Positions 1 to 9,333 of a DNA stretch of 64,000 nt are shown here, piece by piece (position 1 is the first letter of the stretch; each line of letters opens with the position of its first letter). Under the pieces are notes generated by a model, which was given only the letters and a program-made list of their open reading frames with translations, searched no databases and was not told the DNA's origin. Source of the DNA: Thalassococcus halodurans (GTDB lineage Bacteria > Pseudomonadota > Alphaproteobacteria > Rhodobacterales > Rhodobacteraceae); the NCBI GenBank assembly GCA_950096585.1, contig CATNDK010000001.1:104943-168942 (forward strand). Reading direction: 5' to 3'. Both the position numbers and the translations under genes were made by a program.

Positions 1-292
1 GAACCGCAGGCGCCGTGTTCCGGCCCGAGGGTTCGATCATCACTGTGCCCGGATCAATCCCGACTTCGGTCAGTTGCTCGGTCACGATGAAGCGGAAGTC
101 CGAATTGGCGACCACGACAGGCTTTTCGAACCTGATCTTACCTGCAGTGCCGTGCAAACGGCGGGCCGTTGCCTGAAACAGCGAAGTGTCGCCAATCAGG
201 GGCGAAAACTGCTTCGGATAGCTTTTGCGGGACAAAGGCCAAAGCCGTGTGCCCGATCCGCCGGCAAGAATGACAGGTGTGATGCTCTGCAT
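1..292 (-). CDS. manC: Mannose-1-phosphate guanylyltransferase/mannose-6-phosphate isomerase, N-terminal part (runs off the window edge)
   Basis: Not in the ORF track. Manual minus-strand translation from ATG at 292 gives MQSITPVILAGGSGTRLWPLSRKSYPKQF...IEPSGRNTAPAV, the ManC nucleotidyltransferase signature. Confidence 0.93.
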   Translation of the reverse strand, partial: MQSITPVILAGGSGTRLWPLSRKSYPKQFSPLIGDTSLFQATARRLHGTAGKIRFEKPVVVANSDFRFIVTEQLTEVGIDPGTVMIEPSGRNTAPAV

Positions 293-485
293 GATGCGCA
301 AGCCTTTGACTGTAATGGTTACCAAGTGGTGAACATTTCTGAGAACAGAGGCCACATTAAGGAAATACGGGTCAAAAACCAGTTCTCTTCCAAGGCGTTG
401 CGAATGCGCATCAAAAATTTAACGATTTGGAAACCTCTCTAAACCCTGAGTACAGCATCCGGATCTAGATCAGAGTGGGTGCGTT

Positions 486-1556
486 GTGCGGAACGCCTTG
501 GACAATCTGGCAATCAACGGCCGCTTCCTGACGCGGACGCCCACAGGTGTTGATCGGACGGCTTATGAAATGACCTGCGCGTTGGCGGATATGTCTGCGC
601 AAAATGGCGTGCAGCCGCCCAAGATCGTGGTGCCAACGGATGCCCAAACGATCATTCCGTTTCCCGACGCGATGCCCGTTCAGGCGCTTGGAAAGGTCCG
701 GCGCGGGGGTGGCGCGTTTTGGGAACAGAGCAGTCTTGCGGCCCTTCCCAAAGATCAGATGCTTCTCAATTTTTGCAATACGGGGCCTATGCTGCGCAGG
801 CATCAGGCGGTGATGATCCATGACGCACAAGTCTGGTCCTCACCCGAAAGCTACAGCGCGTCCTTCCGGAATTGGTACCGGCTGTTGTTGCCAATACTCG
901 CCCGCCGCGCCGATGTGGTTTTCACGGTATCGGATTATTCCCGCAAGACGTTGGAACACTTCGGCGTCGTCCCTCGGGGAAAGGCAAATGTCATTGCGAA
1001 CGGCGCGGATCATATTCTGCGTGTCCAACCTGACACCACCGTTTTGGCGCGGCACGGGTTGACCAATAGGGGCTATTTTCTGGCGATTGCCAGCAATCAT
1101 AAACATAAGAACATCGACCTGCTGGAAACCCTGCCGACAGACCGTCCTATAGTTCTCGCAGGCGGCGCACAGCGCGCGGACAAGGGAAATCTGGTCTCAA
1201 TCGGGCGCGTTTCAGAAGGCGAGCTGAGGGCACTTTATGCGTTCGCTCAAGCCCTTTTGTTTCCGTCACTCACCGAAGGTTTCGGGCTGCCCCCGCTTGA
1301 GGCGATGGCGCTGGGCACGCCTGTTATTTCATCGACCGGCGGGGCATTGCCGGACACGTGCGGCCAAGCGGCTATGTTCGCAAACCCCTCGGATGCCAAT
1401 GAATGGACCACGTGCATCCGAAGGCTGAATGGCTCCAGCCAGCTTTGGGATGAACTGTCAGCCATGGGAACTGAACACGCGGCCAAATACACATGGGCCA
1501 GATCAGCAGACCTGATCCGGCACCATCTGTCCGAAGCCAGCGGGATTAGCCGATAG
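486..1556 (+). CDS. Glycosyltransferase family 4 (GT-B, WbpY/MtfA-like mannosyltransferase type)
   Basis: N-terminal INGRFL..PTGV and C-terminal FPSLTEGFGLPPLEAMALGTPVI motif; lies next to manC. Confidence 0.9.
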   Translation: MRNALDNLAINGRFLTRTPTGVDRTAYEMTCALADMSAQNGVQPPKIVVPTDAQTIIPFPDAMPVQALGKVRRGGGAFWEQSSLAALPKDQMLLNFCNTGPMLRRHQAVMIHDAQVWSSPESYSASFRNWYRLLLPILARRADVVFTVSDYSRKTLEHFGVVPRGKANVIANGADHILRVQPDTTVLARHGLTNRGYFLAIASNHKHKNIDLLETLPTDRPIVLAGGAQRADKGNLVSIGRVSEGELRALYAFAQALLFPSLTEGFGLPPLEAMALGTPVISSTGGALPDTCGQAAMFANPSDANEWTTCIRRLNGSSQLWDELSAMGTEHAAKYTWARSADLIRHHLSEASGISR

Positions 1557-3870
1557 GCCCGTATCCAGCAGGTGCAGTTCCCGCAATCCTGTCAGAGGAC
1601 CCGTGCAATTCCACCCGCGCAGCGGCGTCATTTTTAAGGTTCACGTAGGGATAGATCGCTCCGGTCATGCCCGAGCAACTGAAACCACTTGTCGATGTTG
1701 CGGGATCTGCCGCGGCGTTGTTGTTCCAGACAATGTCTCCGGACTTTCGCAGCCAGAACTGGCTTGTCGTCGTGTCGACGGCGATCTGGATGATGTCGCC
1801 GTCCGCGATGGTATTCCCGCTGCCCATAAAGGACGCTCCGCCGGTGTGAAAAACATATGCACCCGACCAATAGCAACGGGACACACCGTTTTGGCCGCCG
1901 GTTGCGTAGTCGATTGTATCGCCGGAAATACCCAACCCGTTTACGCCGAAAGTTGCGCCAACCTCAAAGTAGACCGTTCCGCTAATCGCGGTCGCACCCC
2001 GCGTATGGCGCATACCATTGATCGCGGCAGTAGCCGACACTGTCCTGTCGCTATCGCTGTAAGCCAGCTGCTCGGGCGCAGGGCTGTTGATCTGGCTGTC
2101 CCAAGCGACGATTGCGCTCGCCACCGGCGCGGTCACCGCCGAAGTTGCGGCAGAAACCGCAGGCGCACTTTGGCCATCGGCGTTTGTTGCAATAACAGAG
2201 ACTGATACTGCAGTCCCTTCCAGTTCTGCCCCAACCGTCAAAATGTTCTCGGTTGCGCCGGATATCGCCACACCATCGGCCAGCCATTGGTACGCATATG
2301 CGGTGGGTGACCCGCTCCACGTTCCGTTCGAGGCCGTCAAAATATCACCTACTACCGGTGTCAGGCTGTCGATTTCTGGCAGGCTCGTGTTTGTCGGGGG
2401 CACCAAGATGACAGGCGTTGTTCCAAGGTCATAAACAACTTTGAAAAGCCCCGCTTTAGTCACCCGATATGTGACCGAACCCCCTGCTGCGACGGATAGT
2501 CTAAGAATTGCAGGTACGGTGGTTCTATCTGCAGTCAAGGCGACCAGTTTTGCATGCGGATACAAAGTCTCAGTAGGTGGATTTGTGACTGCGACGTCGA
2601 AATACCCACCCAGGATCGAGCCGTCGACTGTCAGCGTCTGGATGCCATTGAAACCGGTGCTGGCCGCATCGACAGACACCTCAAAAATGCTGTCGAATAT
2701 TTCGCCTGTCGCGGCCTCCATTGTGACGTCGGCTCTAAGTTGTAGCTGACCTTTGTCCGGCGCATCGGTGATCGATACGATGAGATCGTTGTTGACGCCG
2801 CGTGAAATCGTCCAACTGCCAGTACCCACTGCGCGTGTAGCCTGCCAACCTGTCGGAACGATGCCCGAGACACCCGTTGCAGCGGCAGGTGTATCCCCGT
2901 CCAAAGTGGCAAGCGCACCCAAACGGTTCGCCGCATTGTCAATCCGGTTGCCCGACACAAGGCTGCGGATGGTGCTGGCAGTTTGCCCCGCTAGATAAGC
3001 GGCGCCATGGGACACATTGGGGTGTGTCCGGTCATCCTTCATGGTCACGGGATCAAAGCCAGAGACATCGACAGCAATCACTGACGGATTGAGCGCTGCG
3101 ATATCGCGAATGATTTGAGCCAGTTCGGCGTAATATGCGTCATTGCCATATGGGTCGACGTCTTCGGCACTGTTCCGGCCATCCGGTAAGGTCGGCACGG
3201 CAACGACCGTCGCGCCAGCCGCGACATAGCGGTCAAACAGCTCCTGAATCTGCGTTCGATGATCTTCAACAGTCGCGTTCAGTTCACGATTTGCACCAAT
3301 CGGTCCTACCACAACAATCGTATTGTCGGGGATAATCCGCTCAATCACGCTGCCCGCACTATCCAGCATATCGATGATCGTATGACCGCCGACCGCCTGA
3401 TTGTATTCCGGCGGAACCAGCGCGACATCCCCCGTAGCCGACACCAGAAGATCGCGAAATCCGGTATGCGCTATGACGCTGTCGCCATCGATCAAAAGCG
3501 TAGGCGGCGTGTCCGCTGAGAAGATTTCCGTCGTCACGCCCAAAAGGTTTTCCGGAAGAATGGTCGAACGGGACGTCAAGCTTCCGTACTGGACTAGCTC
3601 CTGCTCTCCGTTTGCAAGCAGCCAGATGTTGTAGACACAGCTTTGACCTTCGGGCAGTGCACCAAGATCGTCTGTAACAAGCACCGCTTGGCTGTCTTGC
3701 GTCACGTGTTGAAGAAGCGGCGATTGGTGGGAATGCTCGGCGATCGTGATGGCCACGCTTGCACCCGTCGGAACGCTGCCAAAGTGAAACGCCAGCGCTT
3801 CGCCGGTGAAAAATCGGACATCCTTACGTGCGACTTCGTTTCCGAATTGCACCATCACGTTCTCGGTCAT
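1546..3870 (-). CDS. Multidomain protein: N-terminal adaptor-like domain, SGNH/GDSL hydrolase, beta-sandwich, Ig-like repeat, C-terminal SPRY/B30.2-like domain
   Basis: 774-aa ORF with SGNH blocks GDS(131), NQAVGG, GAN(194), DRTH(280-283); Ig-like PTNTSLPEI..VGDILTASNGTWSGSPTAYAYQWLADG; SPRY-like VYFEV..GDIIQIAVD..FWLRKSG..IYPYV..TAPAGY. Confidence 0.7.
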   Translation of the reverse strand: MTENVMVQFGNEVARKDVRFFTGEALAFHFGSVPTGASVAITIAEHSHQSPLLQHVTQDSQAVLVTDDLGALPEGQSCVYNIWLLANGEQELVQYGSLTSRSTILPENLLGVTTEIFSADTPPTLLIDGDSVIAHTGFRDLLVSATGDVALVPPEYNQAVGGHTIIDMLDSAGSVIERIIPDNTIVVVGPIGANRELNATVEDHRTQIQELFDRYVAAGATVVAVPTLPDGRNSAEDVDPYGNDAYYAELAQIIRDIAALNPSVIAVDVSGFDPVTMKDDRTHPNVSHGAAYLAGQTASTIRSLVSGNRIDNAANRLGALATLDGDTPAAATGVSGIVPTGWQATRAVGTGSWTISRGVNNDLIVSITDAPDKGQLQLRADVTMEAATGEIFDSIFEVSVDAASTGFNGIQTLTVDGSILGGYFDVAVTNPPTETLYPHAKLVALTADRTTVPAILRLSVAAGGSVTYRVTKAGLFKVVYDLGTTPVILVPPTNTSLPEIDSLTPVVGDILTASNGTWSGSPTAYAYQWLADGVAISGATENILTVGAELEGTAVSVSVIATNADGQSAPAVSAATSAVTAPVASAIVAWDSQINSPAPEQLAYSDSDRTVSATAAINGMRHTRGATAISGTVYFEVGATFGVNGLGISGDTIDYATGGQNGVSRCYWSGAYVFHTGGASFMGSGNTIADGDIIQIAVDTTTSQFWLRKSGDIVWNNNAAADPATSTSGFSCSGMTGAIYPYVNLKNDAAARVELHGSSDRIAGTAPAGYGPIG

Positions 3871-3978
3871 ATCGCACCCCTTATGAAAAAGCTGACCGCG
3901 AATTTTGTGGCGTTTGGCTAAAAAGCCTTTAGGCCGCCGTGCGCTACCGCATCGGAAGCAACGGATTGTCTGCGCTGC

Positions 3979-3994
3979 TTAAGGGGCTGTTAAC
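3979..3994. promoter_or_regulatory. Putative CtrA binding site
   Basis: TTAA-GGGGCTG-TTAAC, an exact match to the TTAA-N7-TTAAC consensus, in a divergent intergenic region. Confidence 0.65.
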
Positions 3995-4044
3995 CTTGCT
4001 CAAGAATTAATGAGGCCAGCTCTTAACCTGCCTCCGGTTCTTTT

Positions 4045-5244
4045 ATGGTCACTCTGAAACCAGCACTCTTAACGGCTCTCACCCTTGCACTGCCAAGTAT
4101 GGTGGTGGCTGGCGACTATCAGTTGATCGTCGGTGACGAGGTGCAGTTGCTTTTGCCCGGCGATACCGAGCCGTCTGTTATGAAGGTCGATCTGGATGGC
4201 GAAATCCGGTTGCCCGGTTTGGGCGGGGTCGCCGTTTCAGGGTTCAGTCTGGATCAAGCGGAACAGACAATCGAAACGGCTCTCGCGGACCGTGGTCTAT
4301 ACTCAAACCCTGACATCACTATCGACATTGCAAACTATGCGCATGTGACGGTCGTCGGCGATGTCGCGCGTCCGGGCCGCTATGATTTCACGCCGGGAAT
4401 GACCGTTGCCACCGCTTTGGCCATGTCTGGGGGCCATCAGGAATGGGGCGTCAGCAAAATCGAACTCGAGCGGGCGCAGATCGATCTGGAAAGCCAGCGA
4501 AAGGCGTCCAACTACGAATTGGCGACGCTCGTTCTGCAAGAAGCTCAGCTGAGCGCAAAATTGCAGGATTTGGCTAAATTAGAGCCTGTTATTTCCCGTA
4601 TCCCTCAACCGACTGCGGTCAATTTCAATACCAGATTGGATCAGGCCACAGCACTTTTTACGCAAGAGCGCTCCTACTACGCTGAAACCCTTGCCTTCAT
4701 GGAAAAAGAGATCGGCGACCTGTTGCGCCAAAAGGAACTGTTCGATCAGAAGCTGGCCGTACAGAACGAAATTCTGGATGCGGCTGAACAGGGAATGGCG
4801 CGTTCGAAAGAGCTGCTGGCAAAGGGTCTACAGACCTCGACCCAGCAGGCGATTACGCAACAGCGCTACGCAGATGCGCGGGCGAAAAAGCTGGAACTCG
4901 AACAGGCAATATTGCTGGCAGACCGCGCATGGTCGGACGTGTTGAAGGCGAAGTCTTCTTTTGTCGAAGACCGCCGTCAAAAAGCGATGACTGAGTTGAT
5001 GCAGACACAGGCCAAGCTGGATCAAGAAACGCTGAACTACCGCCGTTTGGTTAAACAACTGGCATTGCTCAGCGGCGGGGAATTCGCCGCAGCCCTACTG
5101 TCAGAAGATGCGACCCAAACCGTCAGTGTTCAAAGCTCGCGCTCAGGGCGCGAATTGCTGGAGGTTGCGGATACCAACCTGTCTCTGATGCCCGGTGATA
5201 CGGTGATTATCAGCCTTAACGACCCAAGCTTTTTCGACGGATAA
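4045..5244 (+). CDS. Polysaccharide export protein (OPX, ExoF/Wza-like with SLBB domain and coiled coil)
   Basis: Signal peptide; DYQLIVGDEV, VDLDGEIRLPGLGGV, VTVVGDVARPGRYDFTPGMTVATALAMSGG, C-terminal LMPGDTVII. Confidence 0.88.
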   Translation: MVTLKPALLTALTLALPSMVVAGDYQLIVGDEVQLLLPGDTEPSVMKVDLDGEIRLPGLGGVAVSGFSLDQAEQTIETALADRGLYSNPDITIDIANYAHVTVVGDVARPGRYDFTPGMTVATALAMSGGHQEWGVSKIELERAQIDLESQRKASNYELATLVLQEAQLSAKLQDLAKLEPVISRIPQPTAVNFNTRLDQATALFTQERSYYAETLAFMEKEIGDLLRQKELFDQKLAVQNEILDAAEQGMARSKELLAKGLQTSTQQAITQQRYADARAKKLELEQAILLADRAWSDVLKAKSSFVEDRRQKAMTELMQTQAKLDQETLNYRRLVKQLALLSGGEFAAALLSEDATQTVSVQSSRSGRELLEVADTNLSLMPGDTVIISLNDPSFFDG

Positions 5245-5247
5245 CCG

Positions 5248-6417
5248 ATGTACATCAGGTCCAGAAAAGCACCTCGGGTCGCGTTGATCCACTACTGGCT
5301 GGTGGGGATGCGTGGTGGCGAAAAGGTTCTGGAATCGCTGTGCCAGATGTTCCCACAAGCGGATATTTTCACGCATGTTGCTATTCCTGAAAAGCTTAGT
5401 CCGACACTGCGCCGCCATAGAATAATAGAGACTAACATTTCCCAATATCCGTTCTCGAGGCGCCACTATCAGAACTACCTCCCCTTAATGCCTCGCGCTC
5501 TCGAGGCGCTGGATCTCAGGGGATACGACTTGGTGATTTCGTCTGAATCGGGTCCTGCCAAGGGTGTGCTGCCCCCGCCTGATGCGCCGCACCTGTGCTA
5601 CTGTCACTCACCGATGCGCTACATCTGGGATCAGTTCCATGTGTACCGCGAACAGGCCAGCCCGTTGCAACGGGCCGTGATGCCCCTGTTCGCTCATGGC
5701 TTGCGTCAGTGGGACGTCTCTTCGTCCGCGCGCGTCGATGGTTTTGTTGCGAACTCGACTCATGTGTCCAAACGCATCCGTAAATACTGGCGCCGAGAGG
5801 CTACCGTCGTCTCGCCACCGGTAAACGTTTCCTCGTTCCAGCCCGCCCCGAAAGAAGAAATCAGTGATAGCTATCTATGGGTTGGCGATCTTGCCTCGTA
5901 CAAACGGCCTGACCTGATGCTTCAGGCCTTTAAACAGATGAATTTGCCATTGAACATCATCGGCGGATCTAAGGCGCAGATACGCCAATTGTCCTCTTTG
6001 GCAGGGCAACGCACGAAATTTCTGGGTCACGTCGATGCTCAAACTTTGCGCGATTATCTCAGCCGCTGTCGGGCGCTGATTTTTCCCGGCGAGGAAGACT
6101 TCGGCATCGTGCCTGTCGAGGCTATGGCCGCGGGTCGTCCCGTAATTGCCTATGGTCGCGGTGGTGTCCTTGATACGGTTGTCGACGGACATACAGGAAT
6201 TTTCTTTGATGATCCCACCGTCGACAGTCTGGTCGGCGCAATAGACAGGTTCCAAAAATCCGGTTTGGCGTCGGCGGACTCGGCAGTGTTCACCACCCAA
6301 GCTGGTAAATTCACCGAGGCCCGGTTTCACGCGGGCATTGTCAAAGCGCTGAAAAACATTGGAATTGACGAAAACGTTTGCGACTTCCCTTTGCCGGTCA
6401 GGCTTGCATCAGTTTAG
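5248..6417 (+). CDS. Glycosyltransferase family 4 (WbaZ-like)
   Basis: VALIHYWLVGMRGGEKVL, CYCHSPMRYIWD, EEDFGIVPVEAMAAGRPVIAYGRGG. Confidence 0.92.
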   Translation: MYIRSRKAPRVALIHYWLVGMRGGEKVLESLCQMFPQADIFTHVAIPEKLSPTLRRHRIIETNISQYPFSRRHYQNYLPLMPRALEALDLRGYDLVISSESGPAKGVLPPPDAPHLCYCHSPMRYIWDQFHVYREQASPLQRAVMPLFAHGLRQWDVSSSARVDGFVANSTHVSKRIRKYWRREATVVSPPVNVSSFQPAPKEEISDSYLWVGDLASYKRPDLMLQAFKQMNLPLNIIGGSKAQIRQLSSLAGQRTKFLGHVDAQTLRDYLSRCRALIFPGEEDFGIVPVEAMAAGRPVIAYGRGGVLDTVVDGHTGIFFDDPTVDSLVGAIDRFQKSGLASADSAVFTTQAGKFTEARFHAGIVKALKNIGIDENVCDFPLPVRLASV

Positions 6418-6451
6418 ATAAGATCTGAATGCAGTAAATCGTGGGGTTTTT

Positions 6452-7825
6452 ATGTCACCAAAGTTTGGAACCAGCGGGCTTCGTGGATTGGTAACGGAAC
6501 TGACGCCGGAATTGGTGACATCCTACGTTCAGGCCTTCCTGCGATCCTGCGATGTCGGAAGTAAGCTCTTTGTCGGCCGTGATTTGCGGCCGTCTTCTCC
6601 GAACCTAGCCGACATTGTCATGACTGCGGCCCAAAACATGGGAATGACCGCAATCGACGCGGGCGAAGTGCCGACGCCTGCATTGGCGCTCACGGCCCAA
6701 CAGCAGGACGCCAGCGCAATCATGATCACCGGCAGCCACATACCTGCGGATCGCAATGGGCTGAAATTCTATTCCCGCGCGGGCGAAATCGCCAAAAAGG
6801 ATGAAACAGCGATCTGTGCGGCTTTGGAGAAGCCGGTGCAGGCTGTTGCCCCAGGTCAGCGTGTCAACGATCCGGAAGTGAACTCTCGCTATGTGTTGCG
6901 ATACGTGACGGCTTTTGGAAGTGCGGCGTTGGCCGGAAAAAGGATCGGACTTTACTCACATTCTGCCGTTGGTCGCGACGTGCTGGCCAGTATCCTGCGG
7001 CTACTCGGTGCCGAGGTGACTGAACTCGGACGCTCTGAAACCTTCATTCCTGTTGATACCGAAGCGGTTGATAGCGCAACGCGTGACAGCATCCGTACAT
7101 GGGTTCAGTTGAACGGTTTCGATGCGGTGATGTCGATGGATGGCGATTCCGACAGGCCGCTGCTTGCTGATGAAAACGGAAAGATCGTTCCCGGCGACGT
7201 CATGGGCCAGATCACCGCCGAGGCATTGGATGCCGACACTGTCGTCACGCCCATTTCCTCGAACAGCGGTGTTTCTGCCAAAGGCTTTGCGAACGTGCAT
7301 TTAACCCGTATCGGATCGCCGTTTGTGATTGCTGGTATGGAAGCGGCTGGCGGCAAGGTTATCGGCTACGAGGCGAACGGCGGTTTCCTTTTGGGGTTCG
7401 AGGCCACGGCCCTTATCGGAACCTTGTCGCCGCTTATCACGCGTGACTGCGTTTTGCCTTTGATCATGACATTGGTCGCGGCGGGTGATGGCCCTGTTTC
7501 CCAGCGTGTCGCCCATGAACCGCGCGTTATCACGGTCGCTGACCGGCTTCAGGATGTTGCGCAGGTCCGCTCTTCTGCTTTTGTTGGCAAACTGGCGCAA
7601 GATCCGGAGGCGCGCGCGCGTTTTCTGACGGCGCTAGGTTCGACCGAACGGAAAACCGATCTGACCGATGGCGTGCGTATGTATCTGACAGATGGTCGGG
7701 TCGTGCACGTTAGACCATCGGGAAATGCCCCCGAATTGCGCCTTTACGTCGAAGCGCAGGACGAGGACGCAGCAAACGCGACTTTGGCACTCGGGCTTGA
7801 CGTATTACGCTCGAATCTTGCTTGA
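6452..7825 (+). CDS. manB: Phosphomannomutase
   Basis: KFGTSGLRG, ITGSHIPADRNGLK (catalytic Ser), DGDSDRP metal loop, GYEANGG, VRPSGNAPELR. Confidence 0.93.
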   Translation: MSPKFGTSGLRGLVTELTPELVTSYVQAFLRSCDVGSKLFVGRDLRPSSPNLADIVMTAAQNMGMTAIDAGEVPTPALALTAQQQDASAIMITGSHIPADRNGLKFYSRAGEIAKKDETAICAALEKPVQAVAPGQRVNDPEVNSRYVLRYVTAFGSAALAGKRIGLYSHSAVGRDVLASILRLLGAEVTELGRSETFIPVDTEAVDSATRDSIRTWVQLNGFDAVMSMDGDSDRPLLADENGKIVPGDVMGQITAEALDADTVVTPISSNSGVSAKGFANVHLTRIGSPFVIAGMEAAGGKVIGYEANGGFLLGFEATALIGTLSPLITRDCVLPLIMTLVAAGDGPVSQRVAHEPRVITVADRLQDVAQVRSSAFVGKLAQDPEARARFLTALGSTERKTDLTDGVRMYLTDGRVVHVRPSGNAPELRLYVEAQDEDAANATLALGLDVLRSNLA

Positions 7826-7915
7826 TTCGCTGAATTCTGTTGCTTTCATGGGCAAGGAACGGCAATTTTTGCCAATCTTTTGAGCATCTTTGAAGTTTTT
7901 TCCCGATTTCAAAAA

Positions 7916-7931
7916 TTTACCGTTTGATAAA
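7916..7931. promoter_or_regulatory. Putative degenerate RutR/PydR operator upstream of preT
   Basis: TTTACC-GTTT-GATAAA, resembling the TTGACC-N4-GGTCAA RutR box. Confidence 0.45.
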
Positions 7932-7995
7932 AAAATGAATTGAAGCAAGCTGAGTGCAGCTAAAACACCCAAAATAAAATTAGCAGGGAAAGCCA

Positions 7996-9330
7996 ATGAA
8001 CAGTCCGACAACATCCGGAATTGTTGCGGGACGGTTAAGTGAACAGCAGCTTGCTGACAATTTTTCCGACCTGCATGCCCCCCTTGATCCACACGAAGCA
8101 TCAGTTGCCGCAGACCGATGCTATTTCTGCCACGACGCCCCTTGCGTCACGGCTTGTCCCACCGACATCGACATCCCGCTGTTCATCCGACAGATCGCCA
8201 CAGGCCAGCCCGAAGGCGCGGCAAAAACGATCCTGTCGCAGAACATCCTTGGTGGCATGTGCGCCCGTGTGTGCCCGACTGAAACGCTGTGCGAACAGGC
8301 ATGTGTGCGGGAAGAGGCCGAGGGCAAACCGGTCATCATCGGCCAGCTTCAGCGCTTTGCAACCGACACGCTGATGGCGCAGGGCATTCATCCGTTTGCT
8401 CGCGAAGACAGTACGGGTAAGCGCGTGGCTGTTGTCGGGGCCGGCCCGTCCGGTCTTGCCTGTGCGCACCGTTTGGCGATGCGCGGCCATGATGTGGTCA
8501 TCTACGAGGCCAGTACAAAGGCCGGTGGCCTGAACGAATTTGGCATCGCCGCTTACAAATCCACCGATGATTTCGCCGCGAAAGAGGTCGACTGGCTTCT
8601 TAAAATCGGTGGTATCACCATCGAAACTGGAAAGGCACTTGGTCAGGGCCTGAACCTGTCTGACCTGACCTCGGAATTTGACGCGGTCTTCCTTTCCATC
8701 GGCTTGGGTGGTGTGAATGATCTGGCAGCAAGCGGCGCCGAAAAAATCGGCGTAACCGATGCAGTCGATTTCATCAGCCTGCTACGCCAGACAGATGATT
8801 TGAAAACACTGCCAATCGGTCGAAACGTCGTTGTGATCGGCGGTGGCATGACGGCTGTTGATGCGGCTGTTCAGTCCAAACTTCTTGGCGCTGAAAACGT
8901 TACCATCGCCTACCGCCGTGGCCGAGATCGGATGGCAGCGAGCGAGTTTGAACAGGACCTTGCGACCACGAAGGGCGTTCGAATTCTCTATAACCTGCAG
9001 CCCGTTGCCTTCCACGGAAACGGATCGGTGGTCGAGGTTGAATTTGAATACACCGCCGACACGCCAAACGGATTGCAGGGCACCGGCGAAACCATGCGTA
9101 TTCCGGCAGACCAGGTGTTCAAGGCCATCGGCCAAACGCTCGAAACTTCGGAACAGCTGAAAATCGAACGCGGCAAGATCGCTGTCACCGGCGCTGGTCG
9201 TACCAGTGTGGACGACGTCTGGGCCGGTGGCGATTGCGCGCTGGGCGGCGAAGACCTGACAGTGACCGCCGTCGCAGAAGGCCGCGATGCTGCAGAAGAC
9301 ATTCATCAAACTCTGATGGGAAAGGCGTAA
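7996..9330 (+). CDS. preT: Dihydropyrimidine dehydrogenase, NAD(P)H/FAD subunit (PreT/PydX)
   Basis: RCYFCHDAPCVTACP and CARVCPTETLCEQAC Fe-S motifs, GAGPSG and GGGMTA dinucleotide folds; adjacent to preA. Confidence 0.92.
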   Translation: MNSPTTSGIVAGRLSEQQLADNFSDLHAPLDPHEASVAADRCYFCHDAPCVTACPTDIDIPLFIRQIATGQPEGAAKTILSQNILGGMCARVCPTETLCEQACVREEAEGKPVIIGQLQRFATDTLMAQGIHPFAREDSTGKRVAVVGAGPSGLACAHRLAMRGHDVVIYEASTKAGGLNEFGIAAYKSTDDFAAKEVDWLLKIGGITIETGKALGQGLNLSDLTSEFDAVFLSIGLGGVNDLAASGAEKIGVTDAVDFISLLRQTDDLKTLPIGRNVVVIGGGMTAVDAAVQSKLLGAENVTIAYRRGRDRMAASEFEQDLATTKGVRILYNLQPVAFHGNGSVVEVEFEYTADTPNGLQGTGETMRIPADQVFKAIGQTLETSEQLKIERGKIAVTGAGRTSVDDVWAGGDCALGGEDLTVTAVAEGRDAAEDIHQTLMGKA

Positions 9331-9333
9331 ACC

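Noticed and set aside
74-442. 122-aa plus-strand ORF at the window start
   Set aside because: Overlaps the clearly recognisable manC on the minus strand
1546-3870. Prophage or mobile element around the tail-like protein
   Set aside because: No integrase, terminase, capsid, transposase or att-like repeats seen nearby
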